Of a stretch of DNA of 64,000 nt, positions 27,869 to 41,421 are shown piece by piece. The translations under genes were made by a program, and so were the position numbers. The stretch is from Octopus vulgaris (Eukaryota): contig OX597831.1 in assembly GCA_951406725.2 (NCBI GenBank), positions 20,212,001 to 20,276,000 of the forward strand. The letters run 5' to 3'. The first letter of the stretch is position 1, and each line of letters starts with the position of its first letter. Below the pieces are notes generated by a model. That model was not told the DNA's origin and made no database searches. It saw nothing but the letters and a program-made list of their open reading frames with translations.

Positions 27869-28224
27869 ATACTAGCAGTGTCGCCCGGCGTTGCTCGGGT
27901 TTGTAAGGGAAATAACTATATAAGCATTTTTAGAGATGTAAAGTATAATAGCCATCTCAATATGGCTACCCACAAAGGGGGGGGGTGTTACTGTAGCTTT
28001 TTACATTCTGAGATTTAATAATACATTTTTAGAGAGTTACTTCCCTTATATAAACCGAGCGAAAATGCATTAAAACTGCGGAAAAAATGATGGTAAATTT
28101 TTTTTTTTAATCGTAAACTCATCGTAGACGTGCGCTAATACCCAGAAGGGCTCGATATGAATCACGACTATAAGATACCCGCTTTTGGTTACTCTGCACC
28201 GCAAAATGAGGGAGTAGTTAGGAA
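25903..28224 (+). repeat. 2.3-kb duplication, copy 2 (contains copies of the SINEs at about 26421-26559, 26706-26842, 26871-27099 and 27666-27784)
   Basis: Differs from copy 1 mainly in microsatellite/homopolymer lengths and a few substitutions. Confidence 0.97.
27872..28224 (-). mobile_element. Duplicated Helitron copy, 5' end removed by the duplication breakpoint
   Basis: Near-identical to 24834-25182. Confidence 0.85.
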
Positions 28225-28234
28225 CAGGCACAGA

Positions 28235-28942
28235 CTGCGCACTCACACTTTCGCGCATGCGCAGTCACACGTTCGCGCATGCGCAGTCACACGTTAACGC
28301 ATGCGCAGTCGCACTTTCGCGCATTCGCACTTACACTTCCACGCATGTGCAGTCACACGTTCGCGCATGCGCATGCGCACCTTCGCGCATGCGCACTCAC
28401 ACTTCCGCGCATGCGCAATCACACGTTCGCGCATGCGCAGTAACACTTTCGCGCATGCGCACTCACACTTTCGCGCATGCGCAGTCACACGTTAACGCAT
28501 GCGCAGTCGCACTTTCGCGCATGCGCACTTACACTTCCGCGCATGCGCAGTCACACGTTCGCGCATGCGCAGTCGCACCTTCGCGCATGCGCACTCACAC
28601 TTCCGCGCATGCGCAGTCACACGTTGACGCATGCGCAGTCACACTTTCGCGCATGCGCAGTTACACTTTCGCGCATGCGCACTCACACTCTCGCGCATGC
28701 GCATTCACACTTTCGCGCATGCGCAGTCACACTTTCGCGCATGCGCACTCACACTTTCGCGCATGCGCATTCACACTTTAGCGCATGCGCAGTCGCACTT
28801 TCGCGCATGCGCACTGACACATCCGTGCATGCGCAGTCACACGTTCGCGCATGCGCACTAACATTTTCGCGCATGCGCATTCACACTTTCGCGCAGGCGC
28901 AGTCACACGTTAACGCATGCGCAGTCACACTTTCGCGCGTGC
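28235..28942 (+). repeat. 22-bp GCGCATGCGC satellite, main block (about 32 copies)
   Basis: Palindromic core nearly invariant while the spacers vary (AGTCACACGTTC, ACTCACACTTTC, ATTCACACTTTA and others). Confidence 0.97.
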
Positions 28943-29018
28943 ATGGCACCTTGGGCCGACCAAAGCCTTGTGAGTTGATTTGGTAGACGGAAACTGAAAG
29001 AAGACCATCGTATATATA
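28943..29018 (+). mobile_element. SINE body fragment
   Basis: GGCACCTTGGG|CCGACCAAAGCCTTGTGAGTTGATTTGGTAGACGGAAACTGAAAG. Confidence 0.75.
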
Positions 29019-30033
29019 TTCTTTTGTAAGCCCAGTACTGAACCCGGAATCATGTGGTTCCACACAGCCATTCCTGTGCCTGTATATACTCTCTTTACTC
29101 TGTTTCAGTCATTTCACTGCGGCCATGCTGCAGCACCGCCTTTAATCGAGCAACTCGACTCCAGGACTTATTCTTTTGTAAGCCCAGTACTGAACCCGGA
29201 ATCATGTGGTTCCACACAGCCATTCCTGTGCCTGTATATACTCTCTTTACTCTGTTTCAGTCATTTCACTGCGGCCATGCTGGAGCACCTTCTTTAATCG
29301 AGCAACTCGACTCCAGGACTTATTCTTTTGTAAGCCCAGTACTGAACCCGGAATCATGTTGTTCCACACAGCAAATCCTGTGCCTGTATATACTCTCTTT
29401 ACTCTGTTTCAGTCATTTCACTGCGGCCATGCTGGAGCACCGCCTTTAATCGAGCAACTCGACTCCAGGACTTATTCTTTTGTAAGCCCAGTACTGAACC
29501 CGGAATCATGTGGTTCCACACAGCCATTCCTGTGCCTGTATATACTCTCTTTACTCTGTTTCAGTCATTTCACTGCGGCCATGCTGCAGCACCGCCTTTA
29601 ATCGAGCAACTCGACTCCAGGACTTATTCTTTTGTAAGCCCAGTACTGAACCCGGAATCATGTGGTTCCACACAGCCATTCCTGTGCCTGTATATACTCT
29701 CTTTACTCTGTTTCAGTCATTTCACTGCGGCCATGCTGGAGCACCGCCTTTAATCGAGCAACTCGACTCCAGGACTTATTATTTTGTAAGCCCAGTACTG
29801 AACCCGGAATCATGTGGTTCCACACAGCCATTCCTGTGCCTGTATATACTCTCTTTACTCTGTTTCAGTCATTTCACTGCGGCCATGCTGCAGCACCGCC
29901 TTTAATCGAGCAACTCGACTCCAGGACTTATTCTTTTGTAAGCCCAGTACTGAACCCGAATCATGTGGTTCCACACAGCCATTCCTGTGCCTGTATATAC
30001 TCTCTTTACTCTGTTTTAGTCATTTCACTGCGG
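29019..30033 (-). repeat. 152-bp tandem array (about 6.7 copies) of an internally deleted SINE
   Basis: Units start at about 29019, 29171, 29323, 29475, 29627, 29779 and 29931; the minus strand reads as a SINE head fused to a SINE tail. Confidence 0.95.
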
Positions 30034-30035
30034 TC

Positions 30036-30198
30036 ATGCGCTCTCGCGCATGCGCATTCACACGTTCGCGCATGCGCAGTCACACCTTCGCGCATGCGCA
30101 TTCACACTTTCGCGCATGCGCATTCACACTTTAGCTTATTCGCAGTCGCACTTTCGCGCATGCGCACTCACACTTCCGCGCATGCGCAGTCACACGTT
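30036..30198 (+). repeat. 22-bp GCGCATGCGC satellite, block 3 (about 7 copies)
   Basis: Direct read. Confidence 0.95.
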
Positions 30199-30279
30199 CT
30201 ATTTATTTATTTATTTATATTTTTTATTTATAGATTCTATTTATAGATTCTATTTATAGATTCTATTTATAGGTTCTTT

Positions 30280-30326
<47 letters not shown>

Positions 30327-33300
30327 TAGATTCTATTTGTAGATTCTATTTATAGATACTATTTATAGATTATATTTATAGATTCTATTTATAGATTCTA
30401 TTTATAGATTATATTTATAGATTATATTTATAGATTCTATTTATAGATTCTATTTATAGATTTTATTTATAGATTCTATTAATAGATTCTATTTATAGAT
30501 ATTATTTATTTATTTTTTAATTTATTTATAGCTTCTATTTATAGCTTCTATTTATAGCTTCTATTTATAGCTTCTATTTATAGCTCCTATTTAGTAGCTA
30601 CTAATTATAGATTCTATTTATAGATTCTATTTATAGATTCTATTTATAGATTCTCTTTATTTATTTATTTATTTATTTATTTATACATTCTATTTATAGA
30701 TTTTATTTATAGATTCTATTTATAGATTCTATTTGTAGATTCTATTTATAGATTCAATTTATTTATTTATTTATTTATATATTTATTTATTTATTTATAG
30801 ATTCTATTTGTAGATTCTATTTATTGATTCTATTTATAGATACTATTTATAGATTCTATTTATAGATTCTATTTATAGATTTTATTTATAGATTCTCTTT
30901 ATAGATTCTATTTTTAGATTCTATTTATAGATACTATTTATTTATTAATTTATTTATAGCTTCTATATATAGCTTCTATTTATAGCTTCTATTTTATTGC
31001 TACTAATAATAGATTCTATTTATAGAGTCTATGTATAGATTCTATGTATAGATTCTATGTATAGATTCTATTTATGCATATAGAATATAACTATTTTTAG
31101 TTGCTGTTCTATTTTTACTTTATTTGTCCTATTTTTAGTTGCTGTTCTATTTTAAGTTCATTTGTTCTATTTTTAGTTTATTTGTTCTATTTTTAGTTTA
31201 TTTGTCCTATTTTAGTTGCTGTTCTATTTTTAGTTTATTTGTTCTATTTTTAGTTTATTTGTACTATCTTTAGTTGCTGTTCTATTTTAGTTTATTTGTT
31301 CTATTTTTAGTTTATTTGTCCTAGCTTTAGTTTATTTTTTCTATTTTTAGTTTACTTGTTCAATTTTTAGTTTATTTGTCCTATTTTTAGATGCTGTTCT
31401 ATATTTAGTTTATTTGTCCTATTTTTAGTTTATTTGTTCTATTTTTAGTTTATTTGCTCTATTTTTACATTATTTGTCCTATTTTAGTTGCTGTTCTATT
31501 TTTAGTTTATTTGTTCTATTTTTAGTTTATCTGTTCTATTTTTAGTTTATTTGTCCTATTTTTAGTTTATTTGTTCTATTTTTAGTTAATTTGTTCTATT
31601 TTTAGTTTATTTGTCCTATTTTTAGTTGCTGTTCTATTTTTAGTTTATTTGTCCTATTTTTAGTTTATTTGTCCTATTTTTAGTTCATTTTCTCTATTTT
31701 AAGTTTACTTGTTCTATTTTTAGTTTATTTGTCCTATTTTTAGTTGCTGTTCTAATTTTAGTTTGTTTGTCCTATTTTTAGTTGCTGTTCTATTTTTAGT
31801 TTATTTGTTCTATTTTTAGTTTATTTGTTCTATTTTTAGTTTATTTGTCCTATTTTAGTTGCTGTTCTATTTTTAGTTTATTTGTTCTATTTTTAGATTA
31901 TATGTTCTATTTTTAGTTTATTTGTCCTATTTTTAGTTTATTTGTTCTATTTTTAGTTTATTTGTTCTATTTTTAGTTTATTTGTCCTATTTTTAGTTGC
32001 TGTTCTATTTTTAGTTTATTTGACCTATTTTTAGTTTATTTGTTCAATTTTTAGTTTAATTGTTCTATTTTTAGTTTATTTGTCCTATTTAAAGTTGCTG
32101 TTCTATTTCTAGTTTATTTGTCCTATTTTTAGATTATTTTTCCTATTTTTAGTGTATTTGTTCTATTTTTAGTTTATTTGTTCTATTTATTTATTTTATT
32201 CATAGATTCTATTTATAGATACTATTTATAGATTCTATTTAAAGATACTTTTTATTTATATATTTATTTATTTATTTATTTATAGATTCTATTTGTAGAT
32301 TCTATTTATAGATACTATTTATAGATTATATTTATAGATTCTCTTCATAGATTCTATTTATAGATTTTATTTATAGATTCTATTTATAGATACTATTTAT
32401 TTATTTATTTATTTATTTATAGCTTCTATTTATAGCTTCTATTTATAGCTTCTATTTAATAGCTACTAATTATAGATTCTATTTATAAATTCTATTTATA
32501 GATACTATTTATAGATTCTATTTATAGATTCTATTTATAGATTCTATTTATAGATTCTATGTATAGATACTATTTATAGATTCTATTTATGCATATAGAA
32601 TATAACTATTTTTAGTTGCTGTTCTATTTTTAGTTTATTTGTCCTATTTTTAGTTGCTGTTCTATTTTTAGTTTATTTGTCCTATTTTTAGTTTATTTGT
32701 TCAATTTTTAGTTTCTTTGTTCTATTTTTAGTTTATTTGTCCTATTTTTAGTTGCCGTTCTATTCTTAGTTTATTTGTTCTATTTTTAGTTTATTTGTTC
32801 TCTTTTTAGTTTATTTGTTCTATTTTTTGTTTATTTGTCCTATTTTTAGTTGCTGTTCTATTTTTAGTTTATTTGTTCTATTTTTGGTTTATTTGTCCTA
32901 TTTTTAGTTTATTTTTTCTATTTTTAGTTTACTTGTTCTATTTTTAGTTTATTTGTTCTATTTTTAGTTTATCTGTTCTATTTTTAGTTTATTTGTCCTA
33001 TTTTTAGTTTTTTTTCAGTTTACTTGTTCTATTTTTAGTTTATTTGTCCTATTTTTATTTGCTGTTCTAATTTTAGTTTATTTGTCCTATTTTTAGTTGT
33101 TGTTCTATTTCTAGTTTATTTGTTCTATTTTTAGTTTATTTGTTCTATTTTTAGTTTATTTGTCCTATTTTAGTTGCTGTTCTATTTTTAGTTTATTTGT
33201 TCTATCTTTAGTTTATCTGTTCTATTTTTAGTTTATTTGTCCTATTTTTAGGTTATTTGTTCTATTTTTAGTTTATTTGTTCTATTTTTAGTTTATTTGT

Positions 33301-33876
33301 CCTATTTTTAGTTGCTCTTCTATTTTTAGTTTATTTGTTCTATTTTTACTTAATTTGTCCTATTTTTAGTTTATTTTTTCTATTTTTAGTTTACTTGTTC
33401 TATTTTTAGTTTATTTGTCCCATTTTTAGTTGCTGTTCTATTTTTAGTTTATTTGACCTATTTTTAGTTTATTTGTTCGATTTTAGTTTACTTGTTCTAT
33501 TTATTTTTTTGTCCTATTTTTAGTTGCTGTTCTATTTTAGATTATTTGTCCTATTTTTAGATTATTTGTCCTATTTTTAGTTTATTTGTTCAATTTTTAG
33601 TTTATTTGTTCTATTTATAGAATCTATTTATAGATTCTCTTTATTTATTATTTTTTATTTTTTATTTATTTATAGATTATATTTATAGATTCTATTTTTA
33701 GATTCTATTTATAGATACTATTTATAGATTCTATTTATAGATTCTATTTATAGATTCTATTTATAGATTCTATTTATAGATTCTAATTATAGATTCTATT
33801 TATTTATTTATTTATTTATTTTATTTATAGATTCTATTTATAGATTCTATTTATAGATTCTATTTATACATTCTTT

Positions 33877-33907
<31 letters not shown>

Positions 33908-34101
33908 TAGATTCTATTTGTAGATTCTATTTATAGATACTATTTATAGATTATATTTATAGATTCTATTTATAGATTCTATTTATAGATTATATATTTA
34001 TAGATTCTATTTATAGATTCTATTTATAGATTCTATTTATAGATTCTATTTATAGATTCTATTTATAGATTCTATTTATAGATTCTATTTATAGATTCTA
34101 T

Positions 34102-34132
<31 letters not shown>

Positions 34133-34323
34133 TAGATTCTATTTATAGATTCTATTTATAGATTCTATTTATAGATACTATTTATAGATTCTATTTATAG
34201 ATTCTATTTAAAGATGCTATTTATAGATTCTATTTATAGATTCTAATTATAGATTCTATTTATTTATTTATTTATTTATTTTATTTATAGATTCTATTTA
34301 TAGATTCTATTTATAGATTCTAT

Positions 34324-34382
<59 letters not shown>

Positions 34383-36707
34383 TAGATTCTATTTATAGAT
34401 TCTATTTATAGATTCTATTTATAGATTATATTTATAGATTCTATTTATAGATTCTATTTATAGATTCTATTTATAGATTATATTTATAGATTCTATTTAT
34501 AGATTCTATTTATAGATTTTTTATAGATTCTATTTATAGATTCTATTTATAGATATTTTAGATTCTATTTATAGATAATATTTATTTATTTATTTATTTT
34601 TTATTTATAGATTCTATTTATAGATTCTATTTATAGATTCTATTTATAGATTCTATTTATAGATTCTATTTATTTATTTATAGATTCTATTTATAGATTC
34701 TATTTATAGATTCTATTTATAGATTCTATTTATAGATTCTATTTATAGATTCTATTTATTTATTTATTTATTTATTTATTTTAGATTCTATTTATAGATT
34801 CTATTTATAGATTCTATTTATAGATTCTATTTATAGAATCTATTTATAGATTCTATTTATAGATTCTATTTATAGATTCTATTTATAGATTCTATTTATA
34901 GATTATTTTTATAGATTCTATTATAGATTCTATTTATAGATTCTATTTATTTATGTATTTATTTATTTATTTATAGATTCTATTTATAGATTCTATTTAT
35001 TTATTTAATTATTTATTTATTTATTTATAGATTTTATTTATAGATTCTATTTATAGATTATATTTATAGATTCTATTTATAGATTCTATTTATAGATTCT
35101 ATTTATAGATTCTATTTATAGATTCTATTTATAGATTCTATTTATAGATTCTATTTATAGATTTATTTATTTATTTATTTATAGATTCTATTTATAGTTC
35201 TATTTATAGATTCTATTTATAGATTCTATTTATAGATTCTATTTTAGATTCTATTTATATTCTATTTATAGATTCTATTTATAGATTCTATTTATAGATT
35301 CTATTTATAGATTCTATTTATAGATTCTATTTATAGATTCTATTTATTGATTCTATTTATAGATTCTATTTATAGATTCTATTTATAGATTCTATTTATA
35401 GATTCTATTTATAGATTCTATTTATAGATTCTATTTATAGATTCTTATTATAGATTCTATTTATAGATTCTATTTATAGATTCTATTTATAGATTCTATT
35501 TATTTATTTATTTATTTATTTATTTATTCTATTTATAGATTCTATTTATAGATTCTATTTATAGATTCTATTTATAGATTCTATTTATAGATTCTATTTA
35601 TTTATTTATTTATTTATTTATTTATAGATTCTATTTATAGATTCTATTTATAGATTCTATTTATAGATTCTATTTATAGATTCTATTTATAGATTCTATT
35701 TATATATTCTTTTTATTTATTTATTTATTTATTTATTTATAGATTCTATTTATAGATTCTATTTATAGATTATATTTATAGATTCTATTTATAGATTCTA
35801 TTTATAGATTCTATTTATAGATTCTATTTATAGATTCTATTTATAGATTCTATTTATAGATTCTATTTATAGTTCTATTTATAGATTCTATTTATTTATT
35901 TATTTATAGATTCTATTTATAGATTCTATTTATAGATTCTATTTATAGATTCTATTTGTAGATTCTATTTATAGATTCTATTTATTTTTTATATTTATTT
36001 ATATATTTATTTATAGATTATTTATAGATTCTATTTGTAGATTCTATTTATAGATTCTATTTATAGATTCTATTTATAGATTCTATTTATAGATTTATTT
36101 ATTTATTTATTTATTTATAGATTCTATTTATAGATTCTATTTATAGATTCTATTTATAGATTCTATTTATAGATTCTATTTATAGATTCTATTTATAGAT
36201 TATAATTTATAGATATTTTTATTTATTTATTTATAGATTCTATTTATAGATTCTATTTATAGATTCTATTTATAGATTCTATTTATAGATTCTATTTATA
36301 GATTCTATTTATAGATTTTATTTATTTTTATTCTATTTATAGATTCTATTTATTTATTTATTTATTTATTTATAGATTCTATTTATAGATTCTATTTATA
36401 GATTCTATTTATATAGATACTTTTTATTTATAGATTCTATTTATAGATTCTATTTATAGATTCTATTTATAGATTCTATTTATAGATTCTATTTATAGAT
36501 TCTATTTATAGATTCTATTTATAGATTCTATTTATAGATTCTATTTATATTCTATTTATAGATTGCTATTTATTTATTTATTTATTTATTTATAGATTCT
36601 ATTTATAGATTCTATTTATAGATTCTATTTATAGATTCTATTTATAGATTCTATTTATATATTCTATATATAGATTACTATTTATAGATTCTATTTATAG
36701 ATTCTAT

Positions 36708-36758
<51 letters not shown>

Positions 36759-36996
36759 TAGATTCTATTTATAGATTCTATTTATAGATTCTATTTATAG
36801 ATTCTATTTATATTATTTATTTATTTATTTATTTATAGATTCTATTTATAGATTCTATTTATAGATTCTATTTATAGATTCTATTTATTTATTTATTTAT
36901 TTATATTATATAGATTCTATTTATAGATTTGTTATAGATTCTATTTATAGATTCTATTTATAGATTCTATTTATAGATTCTATTTATAGATTCTAT

Positions 36997-37027
<31 letters not shown>

Positions 37028-37231
37028 TAGATTCTATTTATAGATTCTATTTATAGATTCTATTTATAGATTCTATTTATAGATTCTATTTATAGATTCT
37101 ATTTATAGATTCTATTTATAGATTCTATTTATAGATTCTATTTATAGATTCTATTTATTTATTTATTTATTTATTTTATTTATAGATTCTATTTATAGAT
37201 TCTATTTATAGATTCTATTTATAGATTCTAT

Positions 37232-37266
<35 letters not shown>

Positions 37267-37718
37267 TAGATTCTATTTATAGATTCTATTTATAGATTCT
37301 ATTTATAGATTATATTTATAGATTGCTATTTATAGATTCTATTTATATTTATTATATTTATAGATTCTATTTATAGATTCTATTTATAGATTCTATTTAT
37401 AGATTCTATTTATAGATTCTATTTATAGATTCTATTTATAGATTCTATTTTTAGTTGCTGTTCTATTTTATTTATTTGTCCTTATTTTATTTTTATTATT
37501 TATTTATTTGATTCTATTTATAGATTCTATTTGTTCTAGATTCTAGTTTATAGATACTATTTATAGATTCTATTTATAGATTCTATTTAAAGTGCTATTT
37601 ATAGATTCTATTTATAGATTCTATTATAGATTCTATTTATTTATTTGTTCTATTTATAGATTCTATTTATAGATTCTATTTATAGATTCTATTTATAGAT
37701 TCTATTTATAGATTCTAT

Positions 37719-37757
<39 letters not shown>

Positions 37758-40700
37758 TAGATTCTATTTATAGATTCTATTTATAGATTCTATTTATAGA
37801 TTCTATTTATAGATTCTATTTATAGATTCTATTTATAGATTCTATTTATAGATTCTATTTATAGATTCTATTTATAGATTCTATTTATAGATTCTATTTA
37901 TAGATTCTATTTATAGATTCTATTTATAGATTCTATTTATAGATTCTATTTATAGATAATATTTATTTATTTATTTATTGATTCTGTTTATAGATTCTAT
38001 TTATAGATTCTATTTATAGATTCTATTTATAGATTCTATTTATAGATTCTATTTATAGATTCTATTTATAGATTCTATTTATAGATTCTATTTATAGATT
38101 CTATTTATAGATTCTATTTATAGATTCTTTTTATTTATTTATTTATTTATTTATTTATAGATTCTATTTATAGATACTATTTTTAAATTCTATTTGTAGA
38201 TTCTATTTATAGATTCTATTCATAGATTCTATTTATAGATTCTATTTATAGATTCTATTTTAGATTCTATTTATAGATTCTATTTATAGATTCTATTTAT
38301 AGATTCTATTTATAGATTCTATTTATTTATTTATTTATAGATTCTATTTTTAGATTCTATTTATTTATTTTATTATTATTTTTTATTTATTTATAGATTC
38401 TATTTATAGATTCTATTTATAGATTCTATTTATAGATACTATTTATAGATTCTATTTATAGATTCTATTTATAGATTCTATTTATAGATTCTATTTATAG
38501 ATTCTATTTATAGATTCTATTTATTTATTTATTTATTTATTTATTTATAGATTCTATTTATAGATTCTATTTATAGATTCTATTTATAGATTCTATTTAT
38601 AGATTCTATTTTATTTATTTATTTATTTAGATTCTATTTATAGATTCTATTTATAGATTCTATTTATAGATATCTATTTATAGATTATATTTATAGATTC
38701 TATTTATAGACTTCTATTTATAGATTCTATTTATAGTATTCTATTTATAGATTCTATTTATAGATTCTATTTATAGCTCCTATTTAATAGCTACTATTAT
38801 AGATTCTATTTATAGATTCTATTTATAGATTCTATTTATAGATTATTTATAGATATATAGATTCTATTTTAGATTCTATTTATAGATTCTATTTCTATTT
38901 ACATAAGATTATATTTATTTATTTATTTATTTATATATTTATTTATTCTATTTATAGATTCTATTTGTAGATTCTATTTATTGATTATTTATAGATACTA
39001 TTTATAGATTCTATTTATAGATACTATTTATTTATTTATTTATATAGCTTCTATATAGTTCTATTTATAACTTCTATTTTATTGCTACTAATTATAGATT
39101 CTATTTATAGAGTCTATGTATAGATTCTATGTATAGATTCTAAGTATAGATTCTATTTATGCATTTATTTAACTATTTTTAGTTGCTGTTCTATTTTTAG
39201 TTTATTTGTCCTATTTTTAGTTGCTGTTCTATTTTTATTTCATTTGTTCTATTTTTAGTTTATTTGTTCTATTTTTAGTTTATTTGTCCTATTTTAGTTG
39301 CTGTTCTATTTTAGTTTATTTGTTCTATCTTTAGTTTATCTGTTCTATTTTTAGTTTATTTGTCCTATTTTAAGTTTATTTGTTCTATTTTTAGTTTATT
39401 TGTTCTATTTTTAGTTTATTTGTCCTATTTTTAGTTGCTGTTCTATTTTTAGTTTATTTGTCCTATTTTTAGTTTATTTGTTCTATTTTTAGTTTATTTG
39501 CTCTATTTTTACTTTATTTGTCCTATTTTAGTTGCTGTTCTATTTTTAGTTTATTTGTTCTATTTTTAGTTTATCTGTTCTATTTTTAGTTTATTTGTCC
39601 TATTCTTAGTTTATTAGTTCTATTTTTAGTTTATTTGTTCCATTTTTAGTTTATTTGTCCTATTTTTAGTTGCTGTTCTATTTTTAATTTATTTGTTCTA
39701 TTTTTAGTTTATTTGTCCTATTTTTAGTTTATTTTCTCTATTTTTAGTTTACTTGTTCTATTTTTAGTTTATTTGTCCTATTTTTAGTTGCTGTTCTAAT
39801 TTTAGTTTGTTTGTCCTATTTTTAGTTGCTGTTCTATTTTTAGTTTATTTGTTCTATTTTTAGTTTATTTGTTCTATTTTTAGTTTATTTGTCCTATTTT
39901 AGTTGCTGTTCTATTTTTAGTTTATTTGTTCTATTTTTTTAAATTATATGTTCTATTTTTAGTTTATTTGTCCTATTTTTAGTTTATTTGTTCTATTTTT
40001 AGTTTCTTTGTCCTATTTTTAGTTTATTTGTCCTATTTTTAGTTGCTGTTCTATTTTTAGTTTATTTGACCTATTTTTAGTTTATTTGTACAATTTTTAC
40101 TTTACTTGTTCTATTTTTAGTTTATTTGTCCAATTTTTAGTTGCTGTTCTATTTCTAGTTTATTTGTCCTATTTTTAGATTATATTTCCTATTTTTAGTG
40201 TATTTGTTCTATTTTTAGTTTATTTGTTCTATTTATTTATTTTATTCATAGATTCTATCTATAGATACTATTTATAGATTATATTTATAGATTCTCTTCA
40301 TAGATTCTATTTATAGATTTTATTTATAGATTCTATTTATAGATACTATTTATTTATTTATTTATAGCTTCTATTCATAGCTTCTATTTATAGTTTCTAT
40401 TGAATAGCTACTAATTATAGATTCTATTTATAGATTCTATTTATAAATTCTATTTATAGATACTATTTATAGATTCTATTTATAGATTCTATTTATAGAT
40501 TCAATGTATAGATACTATTTATAGATTCTATTTATGCATATAGAATATAACTATTTTTAGTTGCTGTTCTATTTATAGTTTATTTGTCCTATTTTTAGTT
40601 GCTGTTCTATTTTTTGTTTATTTGTTCTATTTTTAGTTTATTTGTTCTATTTTTAGTTTATTTGTCCTGTTTTAGTTGCTGTTCTATTTTTAGTTTATTT

Positions 40701-41382
40701 GTTCTATCTTTAGTTTATCTGTTCTATTTTTAGTTTATTTGTCCTATTTTTAGTTTATTTGTTCTATTTTTAGTTTACTTTTCCTATTTTTAGTTTATTT
40801 GTCCTAGTTTTAGTTGCTGTTCTTTTTTTAGTTTATTTGTTCTATTTTTGGTTTATTTGTCCTATTTTTAGTTTATTTTTTCTATTTTTAGTTTACTTGT
40901 TCTATTTTTAGTTTATTTGACCTATTTTTAGTTTATTTGTTCGATTTTTAGTTTACTTGTTCTATTTTTAGTTTTTTTGTCCTATTTTTAGTTGCTGTTC
41001 TATTTTAGATTATTTGTCCTATTTTTAGATTATTTGTCCTATTTTTAGTTTATTTGTTCTATTTTTAGTTTATTTGTTCTATTTATAGATTCTATTTATA
41101 GATTCTATTTATAGATTCTATTTATAGATTCTATTTATAGATTCTATTTATAGATTCTATTTTAGATTCTATTTATAGATAATATTTATTTATTTATTTA
41201 TTTATAGCTTCTATTTATAGCTTCTATATATAGCTTCTATTTATAGCTTCTATTTAATAGCTACTAATTATAGATTCTATTTATAGATTCTATTTAAAGA
41301 TTCTATTTATAGATTCTATTCATTTATTTATTTATTTATTTATTTATAGATTCTATTTATAGATTCTACTTATAGATTCTAT

Positions 41383-41421
<39 letters not shown>

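Noticed and set aside
28257-30259. His/Ala-rich and repeated 81-194-aa ORFs
   Set aside because: Translations of the 22-bp and 152-bp repeats with frame rotation.
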